Part shown: positions 1-12,800 of the stretch, in pieces
How the letters are laid out: each line of letters begins with the position of its first letter
Numbering within the stretch: the first letter of the stretch is position 1
Origin: Paraspadella gotoi
Lineage: Eukaryota; Animalia; Chaetognatha
Assembly: GCA_051294375.1 (NCBI GenBank)
Contig: CM119267.1
Location: 21,728,286 to 21,792,285 of the forward strand
DNA length: 64,000 nt
Direction of reading: 5' to 3'
The notes under the pieces: model-generated
Seen by the model: only the letters and a program-made list of their open reading frames with translations
What the model was told of the DNA's origin: nothing
Databases searched by the model: none
Made by a program: the position numbers and the translations under genes

Positions 1-19
1 TTTTGAATATTCTTTCAAT

Positions 20-362
20 TTTTAAAGTTTCTCTCTAACGATGTCAGATCTGCCCACGACAATTTTAGCAATAATAAAATGATTGATTGGTTTATTTGAT
101 CAGTGATTGAATTGGTTTATTATCAGTTGATTGATTGATTGATTATTTTTATTGTAAGGGGGACGGACAGAGAGACGGAAGAATGAGGACGGACGGATGC
201 ACGAACTTGAGCATATTTTTTTTTTAACATAATTTTTTATAATTCGATGTTCTGAGATGATCTTAATGTTTACCGACAAGAATTTTGGGTGGGGACCGAA
301 AAGCCGACAAAGTGGGATTTTAAGAAGATGGAATCTGCAAGAAGCGGATCCACTTAAAAGAT
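20..362 (+). mobile_element. Short non-autonomous interspersed element, HINE/Helentron-like (family member 1)
   Basis: 155-360 aligns by eye with 39690-39885: GGAC microsatellite, shared core 'ataattcgatgttctga.atgat.t.a...ttaccgacaaga..tt.ggg..gg...ccgacaaagtg', and terminal hairpin tggaatctgc-aagaa-gcggatcca followed by an A-run. The 5' motif 'atgtc.gatctgcc.acga.aatt' recurs at ~43226 and ~35829. The class assignment is inferred from architecture. Confidence 0.4.
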
Positions 363-661
363 TTGAATATACCTGCCTAATACGTTTTTCCAACTTGTCC
401 AATCGCTAATTAGTAATGTTGGCAATATATTTTTAAAGACTGCTTGTCTTTTTTTAAAACGTTTCATCACCGAACAAGAAAATAACGGCTGAGCGGGAGA
501 GAGAGGACAGGATTTCTTTGAACACGCCTCAATGCATGCAACTTAATGCCCGAACTTGTTTACGAATCAATACAAAAGTTGCCGAATTAATCCACTTGTT
601 GTAATTCTTCCCTGTGATCAAAATCGAGTTCAAATGAATTTCGTGCTCGAAAAAAGAACTA

Positions 662-1133
662 CTACGGCTTGTCCACCAGGCATGGTGAGGAATCCCCATG
701 AGGACAATTTCCATAGAGGACACAATAGACCTCAGATTGGTCAAAATCAGTATCTCTCAAATCTTGTTGTGCTTTCTGTTGCGCCCCTCTAATTCATTTG
801 AATTTCACAATCTCCAGCTCCGGCTTAATTACCGGGTTTTTGGAAAAAGGTCCGGCCGCCATCGTTTCAACGGCAGCTTCACGACGAACTGAACTCGTCT
901 CATCGGCCTCTTTTTGGATGCGTAAAACTTTCTCTTTCTTCTATTTGCTCGTCAGCAGAGAGAGCTTCAACCTCGAGAGAAGGTCGGTCGCTTTTTTTAT
1001 GAGATTTGCAATGTAATGATTGGACTCCTTGACAAATCCTTTTCCATAGATATCTGCTGACTCCTGGTATTCATCTGGTTCCTTTTTTTTGTGGCCCAAG
1101 TTCTTTTGATCGGTAGCTTTACATATAAACCAT
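662..1133 (-). pseudogene. Possible decayed coding relic of unknown origin
   Basis: One minus-strand frame reads as ~155 protein-like codons (WFICKATDQKNLGHKKKEPDEYQESADIYGKGFVKESNHYIANLIKKATDLLSRLKL...YCVLYGNCPHGDSSPCLVDKP*), interrupted by only two in-frame stops (TAG, TGA). No family recognised. Confidence 0.2.
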
Positions 1134-1206
1134 GTTTAATAATTTTTTTTATAATGGTGTCTTTTTTTTAAAAGGCATACTAACCACCACGAACCGATAA
1201 TTATTC

Positions 1207-1231
1207 NNNNNNNNNNNNNNNNNNNNNNNNN
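1207..1231. other. Assembly gap (25 N)
   Basis: Run of 25 N. Gaps of identical size occur at 37238-37262 and 58113-58137; other gaps are 43576-43585 (10 N) and 60091-60178 (88 N). Confidence 0.99.
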
Positions 1232-2672
1232 TTCCTCTCTTCTTTTTCCTTACCCAAAAAAACCCCCCAACCCTTTCTTTTTTTCCCTTCTTTTCTTCCT
1301 CTTTACACACTCTTCTCTCCTCTCTTACACACTCTCTCTCTTACACACTCTCTTTACTCTACACTCTCTTACACATCTCTCTCTTCTCTTACACTCTCTC
1401 TCTCTCTTCTTTACACTCTCTCTCTCTCTCTTACCTACTCTACACTCTCTCTCTCTCTTACACTCTCTTACACTCTCTCTCTCTCTTACACTCTCTCTCT
1501 CTCTTACACTCTACTACACTCTCTCCTTACCACTTCTCCCTCTTACCTCTCTTACACTCTCTCTCTCTCTTAACTCTCTTTACACTCTCTCTCTTTACAC
1601 TCCTCTCTCTCTCTTACACTCTCTCTCTCTAACACTCTCTTACCACACTCTCTCTCTACTTAACACTCTCTCTCTTTTACACCACTCTCTCTCTCGTACA
1701 CACTCTCTCTCTCTTAACACCTCTCCTCTCTTACACACTCTCTCTCTTACACACTCTTCTCTTCTTACACTCTCTTACACTCTCTCGCTCTCTTAACACT
1801 CTCTCTCTCTTTACACTCTCTCTCTCTTTACACTCTCTTCTTCTCCTTACACTCTCTCTCTTCTACAGCTCTCTCTCTTCACTCTCTCTCTCTCTTACTC
1901 TCTCTCTTCTACACTTCTCTCTCTTTCTACACACTCTCTCTCTCTTTACACACTCTCTCTCTCTTACACCTTCTCCTCTCTTTACCAACTCTCTCTCTCT
2001 CTTACACTCTCTACACTCTCTCACATCTTACACACTCTCTCTCTCTTACACTCTTCTTACACTCTCTTTCTCTCTTACACTCTCTCTCTCTCTTACACTC
2101 TCTCTCTTACCACACTCTCTCTCCTTACACTCTCTTACACTCTCTCCTCTCTTACACTCTCTTACACTCTTTCCTCTTTAACTCTCTTACACTCTCTCTC
2201 TCTTACCACTCTCTTACACTCTCTCTCTCTTCACTCTCTCTCTCTTCTTACACTCTCTTACACTCTCTTCTCTCTTCTTACCACTCTCTTACACTTCTCT
2301 CTTCTCTCTCCTTACACACTCTCTCTTCTCTTACACACTCTCTTTTCTCTTACACACTCTCTCTCTTACCACTCTCTTACACTCTCTCTCTCTTTACACT
2401 CTCTCTCTCTCTTACCATCTTCTCTCTCCTCTTTACACTCTCTCTCTCTCTTACACACTCTCTCTCTTACACACTCTACTCTCTTCTTACCACCACTCTC
2501 TCTCTTTCTTACACTTTCTCTCTCTCTCTTAACTCTCTTTACACTCTCTCACTCTTACACACTCTCTTTCTCTTACACAACCTCTCTCTCCTTTTACACT
2601 CTCTTACCACTCTCTCTCTTCCTTTACACTCTCTCTCTCTCTTACACTCTCTTACACTCTCTCTCTCTCTCA
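1232..2672. repeat. Compound (CT)n minisatellite punctuated by TTACA
   Basis: ~1.4 kb of variable units 'ctctctctcttaca(c)'. Confidence 0.95.
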
Positions 2673-4276
2673 ACCAATTGAGAGGAGAATACATTCACAT
2701 TTTAAGAATAAGATCAAAAACATCTACTAGTATTTTAACCAATGAGAGAACCAGATATTCAAATTCAAGGCTAAAATTTAACCAATTTAGAGACATACCA
2801 GAACTATTGGAAGTCATTTTCAATTAAAAACTTTAAACTCAGGATATTTGAGCCATTAAAATAAAGCGTCCAGGGCTCAATTCAGATAAAAATCATTATA
2901 AAACTCTTTTAACACAATGAATGAAAGTTATTTTTTTAACTTTTTTTGTGATTTCTGTCTCATTTATTCTTTTCTTTCTTAATTATTCTTTTCTATAAAA
3001 AGTTTAAATACCTGTAACGTCAATTTTTAGAATTTTTCTTGTCCTCAATTTTTCTGGTCCTCAATTTTTCTGTTCTCAATTTCTTTTAAGTTGCTCGCAA
3101 ATAAGGAAATAAGGGTAGTATGTATACTTAGACAATTATAATAAATTAATAAACCCCTTACTTACGAGGTGATTACTAATATTACATATATTATAATATT
3201 ACAAAATATTACAAATATTAACGATGGTGGGCACACGTTTAATAATATTAAATCATCATGTTCGGCGATACAATGAAACAAACAAGAGCACAATTCTCAT
3301 GCACTGCTTGCCTCTAACGTCCTTTTAACTTGCAAACCGATTTGAAACAAAAACCTAACCCTTTATGTGAATGACGTTACATTATAAACGTATTAACAAA
3401 TACATTATTTGAACTAATTTATCTATTTTTAAATAAAATAGCTAAATAAATCATACACAGTATTTACTCAGTCCCATTTCAAAAAACTCCTGATTTCATG
3501 AATTGGCCATGAATGCGAATAAGTTTATTTAGCTTTTAAGCCAATTGGGGAAAGAAAATTTTTTTTTTCAATTCAAATGAGCGCAAGAAAAAAAAACGAG
3601 AAAAGATCTCGGGAGTCGGAGAATCTTTTAATAAACGGACCAATCAGATCCAGACTACAAAAGATCCAAACCAATAGCGATCGGCTATTCATCCGATTCC
3701 CCCTACCCGCTTCTTCCTCAGCCTCGAGTTCGAGAAAAAAAAAACTTCGCAAGAAAAGCAGGGAACTCTATTTTTCTTTATATGTGAACCAGAAAGGGGG
3801 GGTGGAAAAAAAAGGAAGGAGGCAAGAGGAGGAGGAGGGAGAGCAAACAGAAGAGAGAGGGGAAGGAGGGAGGGGTAGATAGGGACTAGAGCTCGGGGGG
3901 ACTTGAAAAAGGGCGAGGGCAAATAGTCTGAAAATGTTGAAACCACCGTGTATGTTTCGTGAGTTAAGCACGAAAAATATTTCAAAACTTTGGGAAATGA
4001 AAACGGGAATTCGAGAATTTCATTCGCTTATGAATTCGCATATTCGATACTTTAATGTTTATGTGTAATGTATTTTTATTTTGATAGATTTAGTTTTTGT
4101 TTCTCGCCTTCTCGCTCTCTCGTCTCTCTCTCTCTCTCTCACTCCTCTCTTTTCTCAGTCGGGAGGGAGCGCTACCAGTTCGGAGTTCGATGAGTACTTT
4201 TTCTGCCGGGTTTTAATATTCGAAAATACCGTCGGGAGCTTTTTCTCTCTCTCTCTCTTGCCTCTCTCTTCTCTGT

Positions 4277-4358
<82 letters not shown>

Positions 4359-5079
4359 TTCTCCTCTTCTTCTTGCTCTCTCTCGCTCTGCCTATTTTTC
4401 TTTCTCCCTCTTCTCCAGATTGAAAAACGCTTTGACTCATGCCTGAATAACTTACCTGGAGCGCAGAAAAGAGGTGGCGTGATGGATGCGGTTCGTTGGG
4501 TAAGGGAATTATGTTTGAATCTTTATCCTGTTTGGAAAGAGATGATAACATGACTCAGGGTTGCCAGAAACTTCTTTTCTTTCTTCAAAGTTTTTTTTTA
4601 ATTTAGATATCGAATCATTTTGATTATTTACAAATATCCTTGCTTTAAAATTGAATGAAAGCGCCATTAAAATTATGATTTTGTAAATTAATCTTTAAAA
4701 GAAATATCCAAAATTTATATTCACTTTACGTAGAATTCTGAAACATTAATATTCTGCTACGTACGGGTTCGTTGCCTATATATAAACATGCGTACAACCA
4801 AACCAATTATATATATCCTAACTTCAGGTTTCTTTCCAAGACTGGTGCTTCTGCCCCGAACGTTGGGGTCTCGCCTTATGTTCCAGAGGTTGACCCGTTT
4901 TCTCTTTCCCCTTTATGAATCTAAAACAAATTATAGAGACGTTATTCTTAACCCCCCCCCGCCCCTTAAAAAAAGAAAGAAATAAACGTTGATTCTCCAA
5001 GCCATCGGAAAGTTTAAAATAAAAAGTAAGTGAAGAACCGAATTCTTTTGACTGGGGCTGATGCTCGTCGGGGAAGATT

Positions 5080-5415
5080 AGAGGGTGAGGCGAGGGTGGG
5101 AACTTGGAAAGAAAGAGTGGTGAGGAGAGGGTGTGAACTGGGAAAGAGAGAGGGTGAGGCGAAGGGTGGGAATGGGAAGAGATGAGGGGAGGTGAGGGGT
5201 GGAATGGGAAAGAAAGAGTGTGAGGAGAGGGTGCTGAAACTGGGAAAGAAGGAGTGTGAGGAGAGGGTGTTTGAATGGGAAGCGAGAGGGTGAGGCAGGG
5301 GTGTGAACTGGGAGAGAGAGGGTGAGGAGAGGTGGGAATGGGAAAGGGGAGAGAGGAGGAGGAGAGGGATGTGACTGGGAAAGGAGAGGGCGGAGGAGAG
5401 GGTGGAATGGCAAGT
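5080..5415. repeat. Purine-rich ~30-bp degenerate minisatellite
   Basis: Repeated 'gagggtgaggagagggtgggaatgggaaag' variants, about 10 units. Confidence 0.8.
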
Positions 5416-5850
5416 GGGAATCAGTTACATGATTACGAAGAACTAAATCGAAGATAGAGAAAACATAAAATTAAAAGGGTGAGAAGGTAGATGAAAAAAA
5501 AAATTATCAAGAAGTCTAAGTTTAAGGCAACCACAATTATGAAAAAGCTTCCTATTGGAACGTGATGTGAGTGAAAATTGAATAATGCTGAAAAAGATTT
5601 CCGTTAAAAAGAATTCTCTCTTTTCTAACAATTGAAGAAAGACGGAAAAAATAATAGAAGAAAAAGATCGAGGTTGGATTAAGAGTTTTTAAAAAAGGAA
5701 CATAATTTTTTTTCCAATTTTATTTTAAAATTATGTATTGATAATAGTAATTCATTACTTAAGTCGCCTTGAATGACTCTTTTCATAGTCAAACAACTAA
5801 CTGTGAATTCCCCAAAAATAAACCTGAGAATTTCGAAACATTCTGGTAGG

Positions 5851-5923
<73 letters not shown>

Positions 5924-7585
5924 ACTTTTTTCCGTGCAACGTGACGATCCGGAGTTATATGTGCTTCTTGGGATGTTCAGGTTCAAGATATTGCTTTTGA
6001 CGTCAGCGTTCTAGTCGTCGTCGACCTATAAAAGGTAAGTTGACTGGGAACTTATTCAGTGGTAAGGGCCTCGTGGCGAAATGGTGCCTAAGAGGCAAGG
6101 TGGAGAGACCGAAGCAAGAAGTTAAGAGGAGATGCAGGTGTAGAGGATAGATAATAAGTAAAGGGGAGGATGATGGAAGGAGGACTCCTCGAAAGGTGTA
6201 GGTGGTCAAAGGAAGAACTTGTGACAAAGATCTGAAAGAGAGAAAAAAATGGAAGGGAATTTTTATGTCAGGAGAATTCTGTTCTCACCGGCTCGCGGGT
6301 TGAGGGCTGGAGAGAGGGAAAAGGAGAGAAGGAGAAAGAGAAGAAGGAGACAATGATGAGAACGAGAGAGAGAGAATGAAGAGAGAGAGAGAAGAGCGAG
6401 AGAGATGAGAGAGAGAAGAGAAGGGAACTGGGCCACGATAGCTAGAAGACTACTGGAGTCAAACAAGAGAAGTAGGGAGAACATAGAGTGTGAGAGTTTG
6501 AGAAATGCGGTTGTAAAAAGACAATAAAGCAAAAATGATACTTAGACCTGTAGCTTTGAATAAAAATCAAAAGAAGATCCCACGGGAGTCGTCATAGCTA
6601 ATATGTCTTGCATATGTTCTATGTATGGAGTCGTGCTTATTTCGATGATGATTATTCTTTTTTCAAAGCGAATCATATACGTTATATTTTTTGTTTCTTT
6701 TTTGGCATTCGGTGGGTAGGGAACGTCCAGCAGCATTGCGCGCGCTTTTAGTTCAAACGACCGTCTAATTCTCGGAATTGAATTGAAGATCGAATCTTCG
6801 GCTTGAGGTTTCCAAAATTTTCCAGTTCGATCGAACCCGAATCTAAGTCTTCAAATACCAAACTGTTTCCAACAGAGGGACTCGCGAGATTCTCATAGCT
6901 GTTCGTATGTCAATCCTTCTCTCCTTCTATCCTTCAGTTCGCTTATATTTTCCCTCTCGTTACTACCTAACCCACCACTTTTGAGTCCTAATTCCGTCCG
7001 ACTCCCCCCCCTCCCTTTTTTCTAGTCCTTTAAATCCCCCATGACCTTCAACCGGTGAGCCCTGGAGTCACGTTGACCCGCCAAAATCCTTTCCCTTTTT
7101 TTCTCTTTATTTCCAAGATGGAGCCAATTCATTACATCTCGGATTTCCTCTTCTCTTCCTCCTCCCGTCGGATAGAAGGCGGGTCTCTCCCGCTTGACCT
7201 CCTCGCCAATTTTCTTCCCCTCAGAGGATCACCATTTTTCCGACGGGACGAGATGAACGACGCACAATTCGACCAACTGGAGCAAGGACGCTGACGACGC
7301 GACGACAGTACGGTGTTCTGAAAACAAAAACAACGACATAAGAATCTCTATAACTGCGATAGATCGTTGGTTGATGCACGGAATTTATGGAAGTCGGGAG
7401 GAGAGTTATTAGAATTAATAGTTCAGAGGCAGAGAAGATAAGATAAAGTAATTTAAGCGAGATACAAAAACTTTTCTAGTTAGAAACGGGAATATGTTAT
7501 GATCGTAATTATTAAACAATGTCAAGGATGAGCGTCAATTTTATGCTTACACTACTGGATAAGTTTTTTTTAAAAGTGTATTTAC

Positions 7586-7878
7586 ATTAACTGAAATATA
7601 AAATACAAATTTCTGTTTTAGCGGAATTTTGAAACTTCGTTTCTACTGTTATAACACGCTGAGAAATTGAAATGTTAAAGAATAGAGAGCTAGTATAGTG
7701 TAAGAGTTATCATACAATTGGCTTTATAAATAAGAATGTTTTATATTTAACTGAATAAAATGACATACATATTATTCAGTTAGCAGAGATTCGAAAAATT
7801 CGTTTCTCTACTTTAATAAACACACTGTGAAATGAAATGTATAGCAAGTGAGCTAGTATATTGTAAGTTTCATACAAG
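7586..7878. repeat. Diverged ~160-bp tandem dimer
   Basis: 7586-7718 and 7746-7878 share 'ttaactgaa...ttcgtttct...gaaatgt...gagctagtata.tgtaag...catacaa'. Confidence 0.65.
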
Positions 7879-9507
7879 TAGTACTTTCTAAATACTACAC
7901 CCGATTTTGAATATACGGAATGTTTTTCGATTGATTTCTCATATAATCACAGAAGTACCAAATGGGCAATCTTGTTATAACACAACGGGAATTTTCAAAT
8001 GTATTGAATTATATTGTTATATATGTAATTAAAAAGTTTACTTTACTACTAATCAGTGGAGGTTTGAGGAAAAGTTGCATGGGAGAAGAGAGTGGGACAG
8101 GAAACGAATGTGGTGAGATTTCTGTGGGCTGGCTGAGTCGGTGAGGAGGCGGGTGGGTTCAGTAACTCGGTCGTCGGCTTCACGCTGCGCAGCGTCGACT
8201 CGACGCCCCGTCCTCACCTGCGAGCGAAAGCAATAAAATCTCCCCGACACGAAGGTAAGGACATGTGGTGAAGGGACGCTAGGGGGGAGGAGATAGATAT
8301 AGAAAAGCCAGTGAATGGTTTTGGGTGACGTTAAAGAGGGTTGGGAAAGATGTAATAAAGTGTTATTAAAAATGTTAGAACGATAATATTGATAATGTTT
8401 GAGATTGGATTTTGTTTTAAGATTAAGGGAAACCCTTATATTGAATTAGTTACCCATTTTTATTTTGATTATTTGGCTGCAATTTCGAACTTAGAATTTT
8501 ATGTTCGCTCAGAAAACCGAACAAAGCCGAAAAAAACAAAACAAAACATAGCATTTGACTCAGGACAGAGGCGCTGGGGTTTTGTCTTAAGCGAACTCAG
8601 GAGGTTGATAATTTAAAAGCTCAGGACACGACCGGGGCTGCGGGGGGGGACTTCGTTCCTATTGAAAGCGGAAAACGAGGGGGGGGGAAACGCAGTAAAG
8701 AATTATGTTACATCGTACTTGGCCATTGTTACAAGTTTGAAAAAAAGAGAAAACAATATAAGGTAGCTATATCAATACTTGTATAATTACTACTTATGCT
8801 TATCAATACAAGTTGATATTTGAGTTCACGTACTTATTAATCTACTATCTTCTGTGTATTACGAGATTGAAACTGATATTTTTGATTCTATCAGTTTAAA
8901 GGAATCTTCGTTGCAGTTATCGAGGTTTAAAATGTTTAAAAAAAATCGTATAGCGAAATTTAAACTGGAAAATGAATTGAAATTGAATGAAAATTGAAAG
9001 CGAAGTCGTATGCCGATGCACGGTTGCCTCAGACCTCCAGGAAAAAAAAAAAATTAAAAATTCGAGCGAAAAAGTCGTGTTCATCGATTCGATTTTTTAG
9101 GTTAACTTGATAAGTTAGATGGTCTTACGGGCTTTCTTTTCTTTTCACTTTCTTTTACTCTCTAAAATATTTTTTTTATTTTGCCAACTGCCATTTTCTA
9201 TACTTTGGTCAATTTGCCATAAAATGATAAGGCGTTTTTGAAAGCTGATTCTCACCTTGGCATATGTGCATAATAAGGACGTAGTAAAAATTCTCTAAAT
9301 TTAACTTTAATTAAAATTCTAAAAGTAGGAAACGAAACAACATTATTACTAATAACAATTCATGTAATAAAAAAATTTATATACAATTTTTACAATTTAT
9401 CGCAGTAGGCCATATTTATACTAATACTAAACCAATAAATGTTAAAATTTCAAAACAGTTTTTTTATAAAAAATTATGGCAGATTGGATTCGTCATAAAA
9501 GTTGAAT

Positions 9508-9814
9508 TGCCGGTGACTCAAAACGAGAATTTGGAGAAAATTCGAGGCGTGTTTTTCGTAATGAAGAAAACGTATATAATCAAAAACAGAGTAAAAAGCA
9601 AAAAGATAAAAATAATAACAATAACAACTCGTATTTACATTGGCTGAGAAAAAGGTCAGCCATAACAAGGATCAGGTAAACAGGTCATTCTTATTGACCA
9701 TACGATACTACGGGTCACAAAGTACAAAGACTTCGTCGTCGTCTTCTCGTTGTATTCGTCGTCGTTTCGTTCGTCGTCGTCGTCTTTGTTCAAATCATTT
9801 GAGCTTCCCAAATA
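9508..9814 (-). repeat. 3' LTR (~305 bp)
   Basis: Co-linear with 17585-17920 and inverted at ~35950-36285. It directly follows the PPT on the minus strand. Exact termini are uncertain by a few bases. Confidence 0.8.
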
Positions 9815-12800
9815 TCCCCCCCAAGCGCTGTCGTCGACTTGGTTGACGTCAGGGATGACAGGTTGTGGCTCAAATTCTTCTTCGTCGATCGGCTCCAACG
9901 TTGCCGGGAGTGGTAGGCGCTTGCAGCGCCTAGTGGGCTGGGTGCGGGTTGCTCTCGATCGCCTATTATCAGTGGCATCGGGAAAAACGACATTTTTCCG
10001 AGTTTTTCCAGTGTTCTTTCTCTCGTCAATCCGCCCGGTCTCCACGCGTTTGGGCGGGCGTCCGCGAGGTGGAGCTAACGGAGGCGCTGGAGGATTTTCA
10101 GCGTCCATGGATGCTGGCTTGATGCGATCGATAGTTACGGTTTCGTTGCCTCGGCCGGGTTTCTCGATGATGACGTCACGTTGGTGCCATTTGATGACAC
10201 GGTAAGGTCCGGCGTAAGGAGTCGCAAGGGCGCCGGCGTTGTTAGGGCGACGGACGAAAACAAACTCCGCCTCCTTGAGGGTAGTTGGCATTCGGCTTGT
10301 CGGCTCGGCGTGGGCGGTGCCGGAGATTGGGCGCATGAGTGCAACATCGAAACGGAGGTTGCGAAGGATCTCTGCTCGTTGGGTGGAGTCGACTTCTGGA
10401 TTGGCGTTCTCGGCGTCAATCAGCTCACCGGGAATAGTAAGTACATCGCCGATGACCAATTCAGCCGGAGAAGCGTCAAGATCGTTTTTATAAGTGGTTC
10501 TAAGTCCGAGGAGGACCCACGGAAGTTGAGAAATCCATTTGTCAGCAGCGTTTTCGCAGCGTGCCTTTAGAGATGCTTTCAAGCTGCGATGCATCCGTTC
10601 GACCATGCCGTTTGACTGTGGATGGTAGGCTGTGGTAAAGTTTAATTTAAAGCCCACTGTTTCAGCGAGTTGGCGCCATAAGTCGGACGTGAATTGGCTT
10701 CCACGGTCAGTAGTTACAGTAGCAGGTACGCCAAAACGCGCGACCCAATTCTGAAGAAAGGCAGCAGCGATGGTCGGCGTTGTAGTGTCGCGGAGAGGGA
10801 TCGCTTCTGGCCAGCGCGAAAAACGATCAACGCATGTGAGCAGGTGGGTGTGTCCATTAGAGACAGGAAGGGGACCAACGATGTCGACATGAACATGTTG
10901 AAAGCGACGCTCGACCTGCGGAAATTGTTGGGGAGGTGCCTGGATGTGTTGGTGGATTTTTGCACGCTGGCATTGAGTGCACGTGCGCGTCCATTCCGCC
11001 ACGTGTGAAGATGCTGATGGCCAGACAAATCGGCTCGTCACCATTTTTTTGGTCGCGCGGACGCCGGGGTGTGAAAGGCCGTGGATTGCGTCAAAAACGG
11101 GGCGCCGCCACGTTTCCGGAACGAGGGGGCGGGACCTGCCACTGCTTACGTCACAGAGGATATTGACGCCGTCCACTTTTACCCTTTCAAAGCGCAAGCT
11201 GGTGTGGGCGTCAGCGAGAAGGCGTTGCACATCCGCGTCGTCTTTTTGATCCAACGCCATTTTTTTAAAATCGATTCCCTGTGAGGTGACGGCATTGATG
11301 GTCGCTCGGAGGGTGGGCGTGGCTGCTGGTGGAAGCGTGCGTGAAAGGGCATCTGCAACGACGTTTGCTTTCCCCTCGATATGACGGATGTCTGTAGTGT
11401 ATTCAGCAATTGCCGCAAGTTGATAAGTTTGCCTCATAGTATGGGGCTCTGACTTTTTCCTAATCGCTGGAACGAGGCTGTTGTGGTCTGTAAACAGTGT
11501 AAAGGGTCGTCCTTCGATAAATGGCCGGAAGTGGCGCACGGCGCGAAAAGCAGCGAGCAGCTCTCTGTCAAATGGAGGCCATTTTCGTTGATGTTGCTGC
11601 AAGGGAGAAGAGAAAAAGGCTAATGGCTTCCATTCCCCATTTACAGTTTGTTCCAGTACCCCGCCTATTGCGTTAAGAGAGGCGTCGACCGTCAGCGCTA
11701 GTTGGGCGTCATCCCGGGGGTGGACAAGCATTGTTGCCGAAGCGAGGGCCTTTTTCGCGCTAATGAATGCTGCGTCGCATTCGTCGCTCCATGCCAAGTG
11801 CTTTGGTTTTCCTCGAAGGGCACTGTAGAGGGGCTCGAGGATGTCAGCGGCATGGGGGATGAAACGCCTATAGTAGTTAAGGACGCCAAGAAACCGTTGA
11901 AGGTCCTTGATCGATGTTGGCGTTGGGAATTTTTCGATGTCGTCGACTCGGCCAGGAAGGGGCGTGATACCGTCGGCGCTGACGTTATAACCAAGGAACT
12001 CCAGTGAAGAGGCACCAAAGACACATTTTGATCGATTGATGATGAGGCCGTTACTCTCAAGAGCTTCGAAAACGCGTTCAAGATCCTCCAGGTGCTCGTC
12101 GAAGGACGTCGAAGCGACCAGAATGTCGTCAAGGTAAACAAACACGTGAGGAATTCCAGCCAAGATGACGTCCATCATGCGCTGGAAATCTTGAGCAGCG
12201 TTCTTTAGGCCGAATGGCGTCCTGAGATATTCGTAAAGGCCGAAGGGTGTAATGATGGCGGTCTTTGGTATGTCTGCCTCGTGAACTGGAATTTGGTGGT
12301 AACCTTTGTACAGGTCGACTTTAGAGAAAATGACTTTCCCAGATATTTCCGCATTAAAGTCGGATATGTGACGAATTGGATATCGGTCGTCTTTTGTCAC
12401 CGCATTGAGGCGGCGATAATCACCGCAAGGACGCAGGCCGCCATCAGCCTTTTTTACAACGTGTAAGGGTGACGACCATGGGCTTCGACTTTTTCGAATA
12501 ATGCCAAGTTTTTCGAGTTTGTCGAATTCGGCCTTGGCTGCGGCGAGTTTCTCTGGGGCAAGGCGACGCGCAGGCGCATGGATTGGCGGGCCTTCGGTGA
12601 GGATATGGTGCTCCACACCATGGCGGGGCGTTGATGGGTCGAAAGAGGGTGTCGTCAGAGTCGGGCGTTTGTCCAAGAGCTGTGTGAAAACGTTGTGGAC
12701 GACGTTGACGCGAAAAGGTTGTCCGGGTTTAACTTTCCCGGTGACGGTCGTGAAGTCCTGGCAATCTACTAAGACTTCAAGCTTTGGAAAAGGGGCGAGG

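Noticed and set aside
4150-8260. Exon-like blocks with AG/GT borders (4419-4499, 4828-4888, 5981-6034, 7118-7310, 8058-8254)
   Set aside because: I could not join them into a consistent open frame or a recognisable protein. They may be UTR or lncRNA exons, but this is unsupported without RNA data.
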